Shown: one piece after another, positions 20,268-35,000 of the stretch
How positions within the stretch are numbered: the stretch's first letter is position 1
How the letters are laid out: every line of letters starts with the position of its first letter
Source of the DNA: Seison nebaliae
Taxonomy: Eukaryota
DNA: 54,969 nt
Reading direction: 5' to 3'
NCBI GenBank assembly: GCA_023231475.1
Contig: JALJEE010001488.1
Coordinates: forward strand, 1 to 54,969
Made by a program: the position numbers and the translations under genes
Notes under the pieces: model-generated
Told to the model about the DNA's origin: nothing
The model's database searches: none
What the model saw: the letters and a program-made list of their open reading frames with translations, nothing else

Positions 20268-22360
20268 ATGGATATTGTATCAATTCTCAAACCAGAACAA
20301 GATAGATGATTATTTTTTTTGAACTTTTGACTCGCCTTATTCCATGAGATGTACGAGTATTACGAAGATTTCTTCGACGCTCATGGCCGTCTCTTAGAAC
20401 CGATGAGAATGAAACAAATGGTTTTCAATAATTATGCCAGTTCTTATTCATTCTTCTCAATATCATGTTCATTTTATATCTCGTCAGATAATGAAATGGA
20501 GAAGACGAGTGAAGAGCGACAGATCCGGAAGGAAACTTGGAAATATATGTTCAACGTCTATCAGAACCATCAAACGAATGAGTTAAAATTAAATTTAAAA
20601 AAAAATTAAATTTAAAAAAAAATTATTTTTAATAGAGAAAAATTGTTAGTGGAACGAGATCTTTTCATTCAATATGTTTATATGAAAGCGAAATGGAGGA
20701 AAGAGTTACTCGATTGTTTTGTGACGATTGATCGTCTCGGAAATTCGACGATAGGTAGTTCTTCGAATTATTTCTTTCATTTTCAATAAACTGAAGGAAT
20801 CTTTTAGTCGAAACTGGAATTGCCACAATCAATGACGAAGAATATGATACGGATGATCCATTACCAGATACGTCTGTCGAGTTGCATTGGGAGAAAGTTG
20901 AGAATCATGGACAACAAGTCGATAGTAATCACAATTCTTGGACTCCAGCATCATTCATTAAATTCTGGTTACAAATCGGATCGAATAATTCGGTGAATGC
21001 CGAAATGGCACCGAAAACCATTCTTAGTGCCACCAAATTACCAGAACGATTGAGAGATGGTAATGTGGGGAATGTGGATATATGTAAAATGAATGCGTCG
21101 TTGAAGATCGATCGGAAGAAGACGTTGAATAATATGAAATTATTCGAATCATCATTGAAAATGATCGATAAAGATATTCCTCGAACAGCTCGATTACCAA
21201 AAGAATGTTATTGGATAGTGGAGAATAATAATCGATTCAAATTGAAACATATCGATTCTGGTTTATTTATTATTATTTATTTTCTTATTTAATTCTTATT
21301 TAATTCAAATTTATATAGACGCATATAAAGAAAGTATTAATTCAAATAATCAGATTGATCGAATGACAAATGGAAAAGATAAATATATTTATTTCATTGA
21401 GAATGAAGAAGATTTTCTTTTGAGATTACGTTCCGTTCTCGCCACATTCTGTGCATTCAATCCTGACATTCCTTATTCTCAAGGAATGAATGATATTTGT
21501 TCACTCTTTCTTCTTGTTCTCCAATCTGAAGTTTTCCCATTTTTATCATTTATTTCTCTCTCATCTACTTTTTATGAATAGTATGAAGCGTATTGGTGTT
21601 TTACGAAATATATTTGTTCGTCCAAGAATGATTTCGAAGATTATACAAGGAAATTGAAATTGATCGGAAAAATCATGTCGGTGATTGAGAAGGAACTTCA
21701 TGAGAAATTTATTACTCTTCAATCAGATCGTTATATTATGTGTCATAGGTTCATATTAATTAATTTTATTGAAAAAAAAATATATTTTTCTATAATTTAT
21801 TCAATTTCATGATAGATGGATTCTTTTAAGTTTTAAAAGAGAATTCAATCATTTTGAAGCTCTTAGATGTTTCGAAGCGATCAACTCAAAATTTATCGAT
21901 GCATCAAATTGGCCATCAAAATATTCACTCTCTTTTATTACCGATCGAGAATGTTTTATATTTCAATCAATTTACTTTCTCAAAATAATTTTCAAATTTA
22001 GACAAATGCTCAACATCTGGTGATGAATATGTTCTCGTTTCTCATAATCAAATCGAATCAGACAATTCCAACAATGAGAGTAATCGAACGAATGATATGT
22101 CTGATTTTACTTTTGATCTTTTCATTTGTGTGGCAATCTTCCATTTGAAACACCATCAATTCATGATGACCAATGACGACAGTGAAGTGATTTCTTTATG
22201 TAATAAGTTGGGAATGAAATTAAAATTTTTTTATTTTTAAAATTTTACTCTTTCCAGTTTATCAGGAAAATTGAAATTAAATGATATAATTCCATTGGCA
22301 GTGGAAGCTTTCCATCGATTCTTCGAAAAACAATACGGTCAACAAAGTCGAAGTTCATAA
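20268..22360 (+). CDS. TBC-domain Rab GTPase-activating protein (TBC1D15/17/25-like); start 20268 or 20349
   Basis: Introns 20440-20487, 20582-20635, 20758(or 20755)-20807, 21261-21318, 21531-21581, 21749-21815, 21953-22001 and 22207-22257. Motifs FFDAHGR, R-finger IDKDIPRT, Q-finger YSQGMND, EAYWCF and CHRWILLSFKREF. Confidence 0.9.
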
Positions 22361-23477
22361 GAATGTCGAAATGAGAAGAAGATTCCACCAATTCCTATTA
22401 CACAATAAAAGAAAGAAGATTTCAAATTCCAATTTAATCCTTCAACATTTTCATGCTCAACATGAGAGAATTTTTCAAAAAATTCTCTTCTATTCTCTCG
22501 TCATTCCCAGATGGATATTGAGCGATTGTTTACCATATTTTATTACATTCTACTGAATTTTTTCTCGTGATTTTGTGAATATATTAATCAATATTAGATA
22601 ATATTCTGTTCCGTTTTCTTATCAATTATTCCATCTTCCAAAAATGTCGATAATTAACCATTCACTTATTTGTACTTTCTAATAAACTCATAATGTTTAT
22701 TTGTTAATTTTCGTTTTTGAAGAGAAGATCTTCTTATTCATTATTTCATCTATTTCTTCAACGAATTTTCTCACAACAAACTAATGATGATAGATCTATT
22801 ATTCTTGTCTCGTAAAGATGATAATAGTAATGGTGGTAGTTGTGGTGGTAGTGAATATTAATCGATGAAGAATTTGATTAAGTTACGGAAAATGTTCAAC
22901 AAGTTAGACACAAGTTAATTGATGGATAGTTATTAATTCGATTCTCTTCAATTCGAATTTTCGTGAACTGAAAATTTTCAACAACATCTGAACCGGTACA
23001 TAAGTGTAGTTGCCTTGTGAGAGAATTTGTTTATTTTATTTTCATTCACAGTTGATGAACATTCGTGAATTATTGGAAATAATAAGTAATTATTTTTATC
23101 TACTATAAATCAAGAACATCATTTTTTGCCCCTAAAATTACTTTTCGGAGATAATTGGAAGTTTTATAAAATATTTATTTATCTTCCTCTTGTCTTCTCC
23201 TGTCGAAGGATTACGATGTGTCTTTGGACAAGAATGAAAGAAAAAAATGGTATAATGAAAATCTTCTTATTCTCCTCCCTGATCATAAAAGCAGGAACAA
23301 CAACGAAAGGAATCTTCATTATGTAAAGAGAATTGAGAGAAAGAAATCAGTTAGAGTTTGTGAAGGATAATAAGTATTTTTGTGAAGTTGATAATGGTTA
23401 TTGTGTAAAGGAGAACCTTCTCCCACTCATTTGCCTTCATCCGATTTTGTAGTCTCCTCATAAAAGACTGATAGTTA

Positions 23478-23512
23478 GATGAATGAATGAATGAATGAAT
23501 AGATAGATAGAT
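23478..23512. repeat. Compound (GAAT)n(AGAT)n microsatellite
   Basis: Five GAAT units followed by three AGAT units. Confidence 0.75.
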
Positions 23513-25091
23513 ATGTTTTAACTGCACGATCCAACTACCTCCATCTTACATTCTTCTCCATCAGCATACGAGGTGATACATCAAAATGAACAACTACTAC
23601 TCGATGTATAATAGACATCAATCAATTGTGTGCCTTTTCAGACGGATTAGAATATGTAGACAATTCACTCAGTTAGATGAGAACATGCACGGTCGTTGAC
23701 GCAATAATTATTTCAGATATAAAATCATTTTTAAAGAGATCATCATCATCAAGAGAAAAATTATTGATTTCCGTTTTGATGGTGTGGAGATGAGTTCATC
23801 CTTCCCCAGAATTATCAAATATTATAAAATTCCTTTTTAAACTCCTAATCATTTTCTTTAACTGTTCTCGTTCGACCGAACATCCTGTTCTAATTATTCT
23901 CCACCATTCCATCCTCACCATCATATGACGGTTTACGAATCGAAACGAATATGCTTCATATAATGCTCATTCTCCCCACAACGGCCAGTTAATTAACTTT
24001 CATCTTTCATACAAGTTCCTAAGAAGTAGCAGATTTGCTGTGTACGTGTATGTGAGAATTCCATATTTTCTTCACAGTCGATCGAATGGCCGATAAATGG
24101 ATGAACCGCAAAATTATCGATGAACGATTTCCTCTTCACTCACCATCATTATGATGAGGTTAATGATGGATAAACTCATCGACGAGTTTACTTCCATTTG
24201 TTCGTCTAATACACTGGTAACTGTGAACGAAAATTGTTTTTGTTGAAAATTCAGTAAATTAATTGGAATTTTCTCAATTGCACAAATAAATGAGATTCAT
24301 GATAAATATACACGAGTATATGATTTTCCGTTTATGATGAGATATAAAAACATAAGACAAATGATTAATGTGCTGATAGAGAATGAAAAATTTATAGAAA
24401 TTTAACAAAAAAAATTTATGAAGATTTATCAAGAAAGAATTTAGGAAGAAAAAAAAATTAGAGAATAATTTCATATTATTCTTCTGGGGTGTTCCTCGAT
24501 GAGAATTTTGATGAATAATTTCAAATAATATTCTTCCAATCGTCAAACATATCCAATTCATTTCATTTCGTTTCATTCGATTACTAACTAATTATATGAG
24601 TAGATACGAGACAGGTCTCGAATTAACATCGAGAGAATTGGGAAAAGGAGGATCAGAATAAGGTGTTTGTAAATAATGAGAAAATGTGATCAATTCAAAT
24701 AATTAGTAAGAGAGATGATGGAATGTGTAAGATGGATGAGTTGGAATTAAGATTTGTATTAATCGAGATGACTCTCATATATAAATGATGGGAAGAGGAA
24801 ATGTTTTGTCTGGTGGTGATTTCGAATTTGATCTTATCGATATTGATCAGGATGATAAATAAATTCTCATCAAGTTTGATAAGTCATTCGATCTAATCTT
24901 TCATCTTCTTCAACTTATTGTTGTTATTGTATGTCAGTGTGTACCAGATTTCCTTCCTACTGATTAGGAGTGTGGGGGGAGATCAGAAGAGAATGATGAT
25001 AATGTGAATGTGGATAGTTAAGAAGAAGAATCATTCCAATTTATTCTTTTCTCCTTCCCAATAAAAACCTGTAACGATCTCGTATTGTGGA

Positions 25092-28000
25092 ATGAAGAAA
25101 CATTCGAAGAGAAATGATGTAATTCGACTGGTAGAGTCGAAGATGAATCCGAACGTCTTCTATTCAATTCCACAGAATGGACGTAAGTCTTGGACTCATC
25201 GATTTTTGCAGAATCTCTATCATCAGAATTCGTGTTTAACATCCACCAAATCTTTTAATCGTCTGAATAACAATAATAAACACTTATTGTATGAGAACGA
25301 TAATATTCATGATAATCACTACAGATACTTAACATATTCTCCCTTTTACATAAGGAACAAAATTATTAAACTGAAGAAACCAGAACTGGAAAAAACAAAA
25401 GAAAACGACGAGAGACGATCGAACGAAATTCTTCATCATTTCGATCGTCCACCATTCGTTAATTACGATATCCAATCAACCAATATCCTTAACGAGACAA
25501 GAGAAAAGGATGTAATTCAAATTGGGAGAGATAAGATCAGAAGAATTGATGGCGAGGAAATGGAACCATTGAAAGTTTCGATTGATGATGAGATTTGTGA
25601 CGAGTTGAAACATTTGAATAATTTTAATTTATTTAAAATTGAAAATAATAATTTTCAATTAAATGAGAATTCAAGAGATGAATCCATTAATTTCAAACAG
25701 ATATTCTCCAACAATTTCATGTCGATTCAAAAACGGCAATCCAGTTCGTGGGCAGAAAGAGGAGAAAAAGTAAATAGAATAGTAGTTTCCTTACGAGGTT
25801 CACCGGGAAATGGTGACTCGTCGAGAAAGACGACGAACGGCATGAAGTCTTGTCCAGACACTTTCGACGATGTGGTAGGAGGAAGTGAAGATTTAGCATG
25901 GCGGAACAGAAGAAAAGAAAGGAAGATCAATGTTAAAAGGAAAAAAACGTTCAAATCACAAATCTTCACAAGAAAGTGTCATCATTATCATCAACGTTAT
26001 CGTCGTTGGTATTCATCGAATAATCGCCATATGTTCTTCACCGCATTCGATCGTCAACGTTGTCATCATCGACTATGTCAGTTAGGAGATGTTAAGGAGA
26101 ATTGTTCTTATTCGAATTGTCGTCGAATTGTGAAAAATTCAAAAAGTTCTTACTGTCCCATCAACAACATTCATAGAAACAATAGAAATCATTACAACAA
26201 CCATCATCAGGAGAAGAGACAAAGAAGAAGAAGAAGAAGAAGGAGCGAATCGTTAAATGGAAAAGAACAATATTACATTAAATGCTCATATTGTGATGAT
26301 TGTTATCCGAATCACGACTGGAATAAGAAGAAGAAACGAATGAATTTTGGAAGCGAATTCGAATGGAATCAATATTGCATAAGAATGAAGGAATTGTTGA
26401 ATGGAGAACGGAAATGTAAAGAGAAATTTAAACGTCATTCAATTGATTGCCAATTGGAGAAATTTATTTCACTGCCATTCACTCCAAATTTCGAATGTTC
26501 ATTGAACAAAATGACAAACGATTTCCATCCATCTATCGAGATATACACTTCATCAAGTTCACTCAATTCCCTCCAACATATCCAGCCATTTGACGAGGAG
26601 ATTGATGTAAACAATGGAAATTTTATGAAACATATTCTCCCAATCTCTATTTGTCAACAATGTTCGTCGGTACGTCGATGGTCTATTGGTCATGTTAATT
26701 CATTAGCAATTGAGACATTCACGTCATTTGGTCATAAGTCAAAACGATTCATCAAAGACACTGCCCCTTTTCTGGAATCGATGTCGAATTCATCCGACTC
26801 AGAAATCGAGAGATCATATCAGATTGATGATGGTGAAAGGAATGGATCGAATAGTGCGATGAATACGCAGAATATTCTTAACATTTCCAACCATACAAAT
26901 GGTAAGAACAATAGAAGAAGATTATTAATCGAAACGAAAATTGATTCATCTGATCGCATGATCCACAATCCACAACAGATGATGCATTATGAACGAAGTG
27001 ATGATATTTCTCATCCTGTAAACAATACACAACAACAACAACAACAACGAGAGAGAAGAATTTGTAAAAAATATTTTTATCCCCCCAAACAACAACAGCG
27101 GCAAATACGTAAATATTTTACGATTCCTCGATCGACGAAGACGAAAACGAAAAAGAGTCATTATGTTGTTGGAATGAATGAGAAAAAAGGAAATAATTCA
27201 AATTCGAAATTATCAAAATTTCATTTTATTAGATCTTTTCCATTAATCCATCAATCTATTGACTTGTCCAATCGACAATTAAGTGGCAGGAAAAATAATT
27301 TTAAAATTTGTCAATCGTCAATCTCTTACCGACATGAGCATGGACAAGATAATTTCGAAGGAAACAATAATCAGACGACACAGATTCATTCTCAGGAATC
27401 AAATTCACTCACCGATTTCTGTCATTTTCCGTCAAAAATATTGCAGCTAACCGACACGAAAGAACAAACGACGATGAAGGAGATTATCAATAGGAATTTG
27501 AGTAGAAAGAAGAAGACAAAAAAGAAGAAGAAGGAGAATAAATATTGGGAGAGTAGTCATTTATTGTCGTGTGTTGATAGAGAATTGGATCAGTTACAAA
27601 AAAATAGACGAACTAATAGGAGGATTAGAGAAAATTTGGTAAATTATGAGAATGTGGATAAGACATGGCACCAATTACATTCAATTTCTCCCGCAAGGCA
27701 ATCAAATTCTCTTTTACGTAATTATCTTTCCAATTCGAGTTATGCACAAGAGGCTTCGTTATCCGTCTCGTCGGAACAAGCGTCAAATAAATACCATCAG
27801 TCTCATCATCAATATCATTCATTCGTCTCATACTCCTCCAATTCCATTGACACAATCGAAAATAATGAGATTGGTGTGAGTGATGATGGTGGGAATTATG
27901 GTGAGAATTATTTAGATAATATTGGCGCACTATCATATGATGAATTGGGAAATGGAGAAAAGTGTGAAGTGAATGATGAGAGAAATGGGAAGAGACGAAT

Positions 28001-28663
28001 CGAATTCTTATTTGGGAAGCAGTCAAAAATTTCATCTCAATTCATTTCCACTAACAAATCGGAGGAAACTCTGGAAAAGACTACGATCGCAACAGATGAG
28101 AACATATTTGACATTGAACAACAAGACGATAAAGGAATTTGTGGAAGAGAAGATAATCCGCCTATAGAACTCATTGAGGAATATGATCGTTTGAGAAGAA
28201 GAGGCGTGGGGAGAAAGGGCAATGACTTATGTGCAGTAAATATCATTCCTTCGAAGACGAGTAATACGAGTGATGAGAAGAAGGTGGAGAATAATCAGGA
28301 GAATTATGAAAATTATATTTCATTAAGTTTGCATGAAGATGGGAAGTTGAATAATTTAAATGAAAAGAATGGATTATGTTCAATTGGAAATGATGATATG
28401 GAATTTTTCCGAAGAGATTGGAAGATCAAGAATGTTGAGAAAGGAAACGGAAGATTAGCATTAACTTCCGGAGAGAATGATAGAAATTTCACATTGACTA
28501 ATAACCTGTCATCATCTTCTTTTTATTCGTCTGCTCATCCGTTTAATGGGAAGAATGGGTGCATACGTAATTCCGGTCGATTTCCTCAATCATCTTCTTC
28601 ATTAATACAACCAAATTCATATTGTGACATTTCCTTTAATAATTATCCATATGAGATTGTTAG

Positions 28664-28713
<50 letters not shown>

Positions 28714-30309
28714 TATTATTAGCATTATCATGTTCTCAATTTGAAACGACAGCAACAACAACAACAACAACAACAACAACGTCGACATCGTCAAATAGGA
28801 AATGGAATGAGCCGGAAATAAAATATGTAATAAATCCAATCATATCGCCATTAACTCATACAACAACAACAACAACAACAGCAAGAACGATAACTTCAAC
28901 TTCATCAAGAACGACAACAGTAACAACAACAACAAGATCGACGAATAAATTAAAAACGGATTTATTATCAACAGTCTCCAAAGGATTTCCATATAATGAA
29001 GTAGTCGGAATATCATCATCAACATCATCATCATCGTCGTCGTCCATATTATCATCATCGGCATCATTAGTATTGGTAGGAAATGAAAAGAATTATAATT
29101 TAATAAGTAATTCAAAAAGAAGTCGAGTATTCGGGTCGTGTGCGGCGGGCGAGAAGAGACAGGAGCAATCGAACAGTGCCAATTATCATGACAATGAGGA
29201 GAAAGGAGAAGAGTATAATGATTTGATTGAATCGTATAATGACAAGAGATTTCATGCTAATGAAACTTACAATTATTGTTTAGATTATCCGTTGAATTGC
29301 AAATTAACACCAGGCACAAGTATCGATAGTATATCCATTTGTTCGTTGTCTCTCTATCCCGTGGCGGATTGTCGACATGAGAGACAGGAGAATAATAATC
29401 GGTTAGATTGGAAAGATTATTATTATGAGAAGGGAGAGGACGTACAATTAATAAGAGGAAAGGAAGAAGAAGAATGTATCCACTACTTCAACAAAAAGAC
29501 GACGACAACGACGAGTAACAAGAAGAAACCGAATGGTAACAATAATAGTTCAGCAAAAGGACAAGGAGAAAACGAGGACGATGAAGAAAGGCAACAATCG
29601 AATATATATTCTGAACAAGCCTTTCAACAACAACAACAACAACAACAACGACGACACCAACGAGAACACGAACCATTACTGCTATTGGAGAAGGGAAGGA
29701 GAGAGGAGGAGGAAGAGGAGCAACAACAAAGGAGTTATCTGTGCATACATCAGCAATTCCAACAAGATGGAAAGAAGCAACAGATAATTGATGATGAATC
29801 GTATCTGTCGATTGTGCAGCCAAATACAAATAATTATTCAGATATTATCCCGACTAATTATTGTGAAGATATTGGAAGATTTACAACATTAACCACAACT
29901 AATTCGATAGAAAACGAAAGAAGTTTTGTGGCATATGCCGATCGTTCACTCACCGCTCGCCAATTCAATCTCGTAAACAATCTATTATTATCCTCATCTT
30001 ACGACAATTTCCAACAAAACAATCACATTGATCGTGCCACTGATCCTTCCAACAACCAATTTGACGATCACAACCACGACCATAATACTAAAGCCAATAA
30101 TCGAGAGCACTTCAAAGATCATAAGAAAGATGTAAACAATCAGTTAAAGAAGGAAATTCAATCTGCTCCCAACACCCAAAGTACATGTTCGAAGGAAATC
30201 GAACATACCACTCTATCACACGTCAATCGACGAAGTAGCGCCTCTCCAATCCTCATTGGAGAGAATTGTTACGTTGTATCTTCGTCCATTGCATCTTCGT
30301 CCTTACTAC

Positions 30310-30346
<37 letters not shown>

Positions 30347-31976
30347 GCTATCGTCATCCTTATTCGTGCAACAACGTCAACAACAACAACAACGAGAAAA
30401 AGAAGAACATCAATTGTATGACGAAAAATCATCTTTACAGCAACAACGACAAGAAGAAGGGGAAGAACAAAGAAAATCATTTGGGAAGCACAATATCTTA
30501 TTGAAAGAAGAGAGTCATGATAATAGGATTCGATCAAATATCAACGACATTGAATCAAATCATTTATTAGATAAATCCTTACATTCCTCATCCATTCTTA
30601 TTGTTACGGTTAGGAGTGAAATAATCATCAAAATAATAATATTAAATCTCCTTTCTTATTATCATCCATTTTGTTATTCATCACCATTACCATCATCATC
30701 ATCGTAATTATCACCATCGTCATTCATTCCTTCATTTATTGTCGTTCTTTACGCAATCAAAAATAGATTTTCAATGAAAATACATTTAACTTCTTCCATC
30801 CATTTCATTATGTCATCCCGTCCATGCACATCATCTCTCTATGTAATCATGTTTCTCCAATCTCTGATCTTTTCACCATCATCAGGCAAGTGATGTGTGG
30901 CAGATCGGCAAAAGAAGTTTTTGTTTATATGAAACAATTTCAAGATGTTTCTTCTTTTCTTTGTTGTTGTTGTTGGTGGTGGTGGTGATGGTGGTGGTGG
31001 TAGGGGAAGGAAGGAAGGAGAGGAGTCAAAGTTTATTAATTTTTTTCTTTCTATTTTTCTGCAGAAACAAAATGAATCAATACTCCCCTTGTCGATTAGT
31101 TCAACCTCCAATTCTTTGACATTTGCTTCTTCTCGTGCAAGTGAAGAAATCAGAAGACATTTAAACGAGAACAATACTAATAGTTCGGAATTAATAGAAG
31201 GAGAATATAGGGGAGTTGTTGGGGCGACCTCAAACCATTTCCTCGACAGCGACAACAAGAACAATACGGAGAATGGAAAAGATGAGAAGCAAACGAGTCA
31301 AGTTAGAGTAGCAGATGTTGCAATCGAATATGGAAATTTGTTGAGAAGTGTTCATGCACTTTCTCCTTCTACGACACAACCACAAACATCAGAAGTAAAT
31401 GAAACTGATAAGGAAGAAGGTGCACATGCAATTCCCAACACCAATCATCATCCGTTTCCTAATTATTTCAAAAATTTAATTTTGAATGATAAATTAAATT
31501 CGAATATTCGATCTTATAATAAACATTATCAGAAGAATTCTCATTCCATCAATCCGTCAAGAACTTCCACCACAACTACTGAATCGATTCAATCATTGCC
31601 ATTCTCCATTGTCACAACAAAGACGAAATATTGTAAAGAAGAAGAAGAAGAAAACAACGAGAGAAATAATAATAACCATATCGACATCAATCGAGGAGTA
31701 CCAGATGGAAAAAGTGGAATTATTTTCAATAATAGAAATTTCGATAACGAGAGTGTAAGTAAACAGAGTGAGGAGGATTCATTGCCAGAACATGAGAAGC
31801 AAGCAAACACCAATCCATTATTCTATTTATCAAGTGGAAAATGGAAGAAGACATCCCATTTAACCACCCTTAATTCATGCAACATTCTTCAATCAACTCC
31901 AATATTACTATCAAAAGGAAGACGGAAGCAATCCACATCATTATCTATAAATACAACTAAATTACCCAACAATATC

Positions 31977-32013
<37 letters not shown>

Positions 32014-35000
32014 GTGATATTACCACGAATAATATCATATTATCGTCTCCAATTACTTATAATAAACCAGTTGATACGACAAGAACGACGACCCAAACGA
32101 CAACATCGAGATATAGTAAAGAATCGTCCACGGAATCGGAAGGGAACAACAACACATCTTCTTCTTCCACATCGAACAAATCATCTCTGAATAAATCTTG
32201 GATTGTTGAAGAGAACTCGTCGTTCCACAATAATTACATTCCCGTTCATTTCCACCATTCGAGACGAGAGAAGGAGAAGCAGTTAAATTTGAATACATTT
32301 CCAGAACATATTGATGGGAAAGATGAAACTTCACTAGTTCCAGCTTTCCAGCCCGAACCGAAAGAACAGATAATTAAGAACATTAACAATCGATTGTACA
32401 GACGTTCGAAGTCGACTCTGAAGAATTGTTTGAAGAACTTTTCGAAGAATACTTGGTCAATCGTTCGACTCAAAAGTAAATCATCATCGAAATGCCATTA
32501 TATCATTGCCGATCATTCTCAACCTCCATCACAACATTATCACCATCATGAAAATCACAACATCAACAACAACAACAATAACAAGAGTATTCATAAGAAT
32601 AACGGTGTATTATCGACGTTCTCATTGAAGAAGAAAGATACGACGACGGATCTCCAACATTATAAGAGAAATGATTTTTGTAGTGGAACGAGTTCCAATT
32701 CACTTTCGTTCACTCATGAACATCGCAAGATCGGAGAGGGAGACTCTTTAAATAAAGAAGAAGAAACGATCAACCAATTTCCACAATACACTTCATCAAA
32801 GAGGAATCATAAGAACAAATATAGAATATCACCATCCACCGATTCGATTGTTCCATTTATCAAATCGACACTTGGTCCACATATCGGCAAATCGTCTCAG
32901 TTAATCAGTAGAAGTACGAGTCATTTGTTCGCTCGGAGGAACCAGTATACGATTAATCCGGAAACAAACGATACTAACAAGACGTCAACATTGAAGAGTT
33001 TGAACAAGAGAATTATTCGTTCCATCAGTTCCCATATGAATCGGCGAGCCACTTCGGAGAAACGATCAGTTATTCCAGATAACGATGACGAGATAATGAA
33101 TTATCAATACAATCAATGTGATTATCATTACGAGACGCACGAGGATGATGAAGAGGAGGAGAGACAACTCACTTCGAAGAACAGTCACGATGATCAGAGG
33201 AAGAGAATGATGAATAAACGGAAAAGAAAATCCGCTAACGAAATTGATGAATTGCCAACGAAGAAGAATATCCGTAAGAAACGAAATAAGATGAATTATG
33301 TCGATTCACCAGAACCTTTACGATCTCATTCACACATATCTCGAACAACGAACCGAATGAGACCAAAAACTAATAACGATGGAATACGCGTCTCCTCCCA
33401 ATGTTCGTTAACCAACAAACAACATAATCCCATAAACAATTCATATCAAATGGACATCAACAACAAAAATAATTCGAAAAATAATTCAAAAAATAATTCG
33501 AAGAATAATTCAATAGAATTGATTAATCAATCATCAAAACAACGAAAATCGATGAAAGATGTTGAATCGAAAAAATCATTATTATTCCATTCTTCTAATC
33601 CAAAACTCGAAGAGGGATCCCATCGAAGTGGAAGGTTAAATGAAGAATGTGAAGAGAATAATGATAATCGTAATACGTCACGAAGGACGACGATTGCATC
33701 TAATTTCTCTCATCATATTTCGATGTCGATGTCGAATATTAAACAGGTGAGCTCACATAAAATCTTGAGAAGGAATGAGAATAAACCGTACAAGCAATCA
33801 ACATTTATTCCCTCAACAATTCGCACTTTCGTCACTCGTCATAAGGAAGATAAGAGGAAGAACAAAAACAAAGTGCGCAATCATTCTCATATCACATTGG
33901 AGTCGGATCGTGTGAAGAGTAATGATAAAATTAATTTACTCTCATCTCATTCGACTCATATCGGGAAATCGTCAAAGATTGCTCGAGCTAAAACCTTCTT
34001 GAAGAATCCCCGTAAGATTTTCGATAAGTCCAAATTGAAGAAAGAGAATCAACTTCAATTACTTAAGCGGAAGAAGATGAATAGTCTCACAACAGCAAGT
34101 AATGTTCAGAAATTTAAGTCGCCATCTTTAATAAGTTCCCGTTTCAGTTCATCAAACGATTCTTCATCATCTCCCCATCATTTGAATTCATCACCGATGA
34201 AATCAAAGTTCTTGTGCAATTTGACACAATCCAAAATTCATTCAAATGTCTTCGAGACAACAACTTGTGATGCGCGAGTGGAGAGGAGTAAATGTTGTTT
34301 ATCTGAGAAGAAGATGAATGAAAGTTCGACGGTAGGAAATGAGAGAAAAAAGAAGAATTTGTTGAGACAACCGAAAAAGTCGCCACCACCGATCATTATG
34401 TATAAATATGAATTAAACAATCATTTAAATAGTATGGAAGATGTGAATAGGATGAATAAAATGTCTAAAGAGAATGATGATAAACATTCGGAAAAAATAG
34501 TGACAATGGAAAATTTGAAAGAGAATTGGAAACCGAATCTCATCGATCCATCGAATGATTCCTCCATTGAACATAAATTAGAGTTCAATTTGAAATTTAC
34601 TCCGAATGATGTAATGAGAAATGATCAATTACCATCATCAATTGATCGTCATTCATCAAATTTCTCTTCCCAAAAATTGGAGATAAAACAAACAACAACA
34701 TCTCTAATTAACAGTAATGCTTCTCCTATTTCTTCAAATAAATTGAGTTCTATGAATATCATCAATGGGCCATTGACCGGTGGAAATGACCAAAAGAAGA
34801 ACGGAATATCTCCAGGTTCGATGATTCGAGATCCATTCCATCAGATCTTAACGAGAATCATCAGTCTAAATAACGATAATAAAATACCTAGTAAATCATC
34901 AACACCACAAATCGACATCCATCAAATAGATGGTATTTCGATGAATATTGATCGATATAACCATTTGACAGATCTGTTTGAGGTGTTGAAAGAATTAGGT

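Noticed and set aside
22371..22556. 61-aa ORF directly after the TBC stop
   Set aside because: No recognisable features; most likely 3' UTR.
22560..25090. Short ORFs and a small hairpin (~24166-24198) upstream of the giant kinase
   Set aside because: The ORFs have AT-rich non-coding composition and the hairpin is too short for a pre-miRNA. Treated as regulatory or 5' UTR sequence.
30945..31064. N-terminus of the 1502-aa ORF ([14 protein letters not shown]...) as a signal peptide
   Set aside because: It derives from intronic GTT/GGT repeats and a pyrimidine tract ending in a strong CTGCAG acceptor at 31064.
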